A stretch of DNA of 64,000 nucleotides. It comes from an uncultured Pelagibacteraceae bacterium (GTDB lineage: Bacteria > Pseudomonadota > Alphaproteobacteria > Pelagibacterales > Pelagibacteraceae). The notes under the pieces were generated by a model, which worked only from the letters and a program-made list of their open reading frames with translations, was not told where the DNA came from and did no database searches. The stretch's first letter is position 1, and every line of letters starts with the position of its first letter. The DNA lies in contig CACMHW010000005.1 of assembly GCA_902613545.1 (NCBI GenBank), positions 1,685-65,684 of the forward strand, in the 5' to 3' direction. Position numbers and translations under genes: made by a program. Shown here piece by piece: positions 61,240-64,000 of this stretch.

Positions 61240-62963
61240 TACATTTTTTCAGGAAGAGAAACCCCAAGTATATTCATTCCATTTTTAATTACTATTGCAG
61301 TCAAGTAAATGAATGCTAGAGTCTCTAATCTTTTGACTTTATCATTTTCTAGAAATCTATAATTTTTATCTTCATTTCCTTTACTCCAGTATGAATGAAA
61401 TAACGTTGAAAGTTCATATAAATAAAAAGGAATTTTATGCGGTTCAAGTTTATAAGAAGCCGACTCGATTATTTTTGGCCATTCAAATATTTTTCTTAAT
61501 ATCTTTTTCTCATATTCATTGGGATTAAATGATTTATTCTCTAGTAAAATTTTATCACTTAATTTCTTCTTAAGAGTTCTTGTAATCGAATTAATCCTAG
61601 CATACGCATATTGTACATAATAGACTGGATTTTCTTTTGTTTTTTCTTTCACCTTTTCAAAATCGAAGTCTAATTCTGCATCATTACTTCTATTGAGCAT
61701 CATAAATCTTATTGCATCTTTATTTACCTCGCGTAATAAATCTTCGACTGTAATAAAGTCACCTGCTCTTTTAGACATTTTAAAAGGTTTACCATTTTTA
61801 TAAAGTTTTACTAATTGACAAACTTTACAATTAAATTTTATTTTTTTATCAGACAAAGCATATACAGCAGCAGAAATTCTTTTTATATATCCAGTATGAT
61901 CTGCTCCAAGAATATTGATTAAATTATCAAATTTTCTATTTATTTTATGTGAATGGTAAGCAACATCATTAGCAAAATATGTCCAAGATCCGTCATTTTT
62001 TTGTAAAGCTCTATCTAAATCATCTCCAAATTCAGTTGATTTAAAAATAAGTCTTTTTACTTTTTTCCAATTTTTTGATAGTTCGCCTTTTGGTGGATCA
62101 AGATATCCTTCTTTTACATAATTTTTACTCTGAAGTATTTTAACTGTTTTATTTACCAAATCTTTTTTTACAAGTTCCGTTTCTGAAAAAAAATTATCAT
62201 GGGATATACCAAGATGTTTTAAATCTTTTTTAATTAAAGACATTGAGCCTTCTAAAGAAAGTTTTCTTAATTCTTCAAAGCAATCCTTAAAATTATCAAA
62301 TTTAATTTCTTTATGATTTTCTAATATATTTGAGGCTATTTCCTTGATATAATCACCAGGATATAAATTTTCTTTGAGAGGAAATTTTTCATTAAATTTA
62401 ATTTCTCTAATTCTTAAATAAACTGATTCTACAAAATTGTTAATTTGATTTCCATAATCATTTATATAATATTCCTTTGTTACCTTGTTTCCATTAAAAA
62501 TTAATAAATTTGAGAGAACATCTCCGAATATTGCTCCTCTACAATGTCCAACATGTAATGGACCTGTTGGGTTAGCAGAAACAAATTCTAAGTTATATTT
62601 CTTATTTATTTTTTTTGAGCCATAAGTATCTCTATCTTTTAAGATGCTATTTATATTGCTTACAATACCTTCTTTTGATAATTTTATGTTTAAGAAGCCA
62701 GGCCCTGCAACCTCAATTTTTTCAAAGTGACTAATATTTTTTAATAGTAAGTCCTTGATTCTTTTAGCTAAATCATTTGGATTTATCTTATTTATCTTAG
62801 ATAATACTAATGAAATATTCGTCGAAAGATCAAAATTAAAATGTTTAGGGGGGACTTCTATGTTAACATTTTCCAAATTTTTAAGATTATCAAGATTTAG
62901 AGACTCCTTATTTTTTAAAATAATTTTAGTAATTACTAACAAATAGTTATCAAAAATATTCAT
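61239..62963 (-). CDS. argS: Arginine--tRNA ligase
   Basis: EFVSANPTGPLHVGH, GADH, KMSKRAG, YVQYAYARI. Confidence 0.97.
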   Translation of the reverse strand: MNIFDNYLLVITKIILKNKESLNLDNLKNLENVNIEVPPKHFNFDLSTNISLVLSKINKINPNDLAKRIKDLLLKNISHFEKIEVAGPGFLNIKLSKEGIVSNINSILKDRDTYGSKKINKKYNLEFVSANPTGPLHVGHCRGAIFGDVLSNLLIFNGNKVTKEYYINDYGNQINNFVESVYLRIREIKFNEKFPLKENLYPGDYIKEIASNILENHKEIKFDNFKDCFEELRKLSLEGSMSLIKKDLKHLGISHDNFFSETELVKKDLVNKTVKILQSKNYVKEGYLDPPKGELSKNWKKVKRLIFKSTEFGDDLDRALQKNDGSWTYFANDVAYHSHKINRKFDNLINILGADHTGYIKRISAAVYALSDKKIKFNCKVCQLVKLYKNGKPFKMSKRAGDFITVEDLLREVNKDAIRFMMLNRSNDAELDFDFEKVKEKTKENPVYYVQYAYARINSITRTLKKKLSDKILLENKSFNPNEYEKKILRKIFEWPKIIESASYKLEPHKIPFYLYELSTLFHSYWSKGNEDKNYRFLENDKVKRLETLAFIYLTAIVIKNGMNILGVSLPEKM

Positions 62964-64000
62964 TTTATCTTATTATACAGATTTATTGCATATCTATCAG
63001 TCATACCAGCTATAAAATCACAAATCGATCTAGCAATATTTGATTTATCATACTTACTAACATTTATGTATCTAGCTGGATTTTTTTTTATTGATAAAAA
63101 CAGTTTATTAATAATTTTTTTACCCTCATTTGTGTTTGATTTTACGTTTTTATGATAATACATTTTTTTCCTTAAGAAACCTTTAATTTTTTTATCAAAA
63201 AGTTTCATTTTTTTTGAAAAAGCTACGATAGGGTATTTTGACTTATATACGTCGTTTAAATTTGAAACATTATATCTTTTAATGTTTTTTTTTGTGGTTT
63301 TAATTATATCCTTTACCATTTCATTAATTATTTCTCTAATTATTTGTCTAATAACTAAGTCTAAAGAGAATTCTTTAATTTTCTTTTGATGCTTTAAAAT
63401 AATATTTCTTAAGATTGGAATATTTTCAAGATCTTTTATATTAAATAGGTTTGATTTTAAACCATCCTCAAGATCATGGCTGTTGTAAGCTATGTCGTCT
63501 GATATTGAAGCTATTTGGGCCTCTAAAGATGGACTTAAAGAAAATTTAATTCTATTTTTAAAATAGTTTTTCCCTAAAATATTATTATATTTTTTTAAAT
63601 TTTTAATTGGCCCATTATGTTTTAATAAACCATCTAAAGTTTCTATTGTTAGATTGAGACCTTTAAATTCATAATATCTATTTTCTAGAAATAGAATAGT
63701 TCTAATAGTTTGAATATTGTGATCAAAGCCACCGAAATTCCTCATACATTCATTAAGAGCATCTTCTCCAGCGTGTCCAAAAGGTGTATGACCTAAATCA
63801 TGAGCCAGACTTAATGTTTCACATAAGTCTTCATTTAAATTAAAAAATTTTGATAAAGTTCTAGCTATTTGTGCTACCTCTAAAGAGTGAGTAATTCTGG
63901 TTCTAAAATGATCACCAGAAGTATTAATAAATACCTGCGTCTTATGTTTAAGCCTTCTAAATGCAGTGGAGTGTATTATTCTATCTCTATCTCGTTGAAA
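62960..64000 (-). CDS. dgt: dGTP triphosphohydrolase (5' end outside window)
   Basis: Frame stays open to the window edge: FQRDRDRIIHSTAFRRLKHKTQVF...RTRITHSLEV...AHDLGHTPFGHAGE; DDIAY; IAGMTD. Confidence 0.95.
   Translation of the reverse strand, partial: FQRDRDRIIHSTAFRRLKHKTQVFINTSGDHFRTRITHSLEVAQIARTLSKFFNLNEDLCETLSLAHDLGHTPFGHAGEDALNECMRNFGGFDHNIQTIRTILFLENRYYEFKGLNLTIETLDGLLKHNGPIKNLKKYNNILGKNYFKNRIKFSLSPSLEAQIASISDDIAYNSHDLEDGLKSNLFNIKDLENIPILRNIILKHQKKIKEFSLDLVIRQIIREIINEMVKDIIKTTKKNIKRYNVSNLNDVYKSKYPIVAFSKKMKLFDKKIKGFLRKKMYYHKNVKSNTNEGKKIINKLFLSIKKNPARYINVSKYDKSNIARSICDFIAGMTDRYAINLYNKIK

Overview
Very AT-rich, gene-dense alphaproteobacterial chromosome segment. Gene content, synteny and minimal spacers fit a Pelagibacterales (SAR11) genome; this assignment is inference. 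Most of the window is housekeeping genes (rpsI-argC-hom-glpX-recJ; metG-holB-tmk; recG; tgt-coaD-gyrA-ssb/uvrA; secDF-yajC-serS-tatCBA-scpBA-nagZ-argS-dgt) plus four tRNAs (Glu, Pro, Ser, Lys). Four things stand out. (1) tRNA-Glu carries a tandem array of two tiny integrase-less islets. Each is bounded by copies of the tRNA 3' end and by 11-bp-period arm-type repeats. The first carries a Z1-domain SF2 helicase-like gene plus a divergent small gene (candidate minimal defence system). (2) A lone Cre-like tyrosine recombinase has a perfect 11-7-11 loxP/dif-like palindrome at its start codon, about where gene orientation flips from + to - (probable replication terminus), suggesting a single-recombinase dimer-resolution system. 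(3) A myo-inositol cluster (iolE, iolG, ABC transporter, iolD) lacks iolB/iolC/iolJ, is flanked by an aldehyde dehydrogenase and an HpcH aldolase, and has two homopolymer frameshifts. (4) A small membrane protein occupies the ftsN-like position between argS and nagZ. All calls come from reading motifs by eye; no database searches were run.
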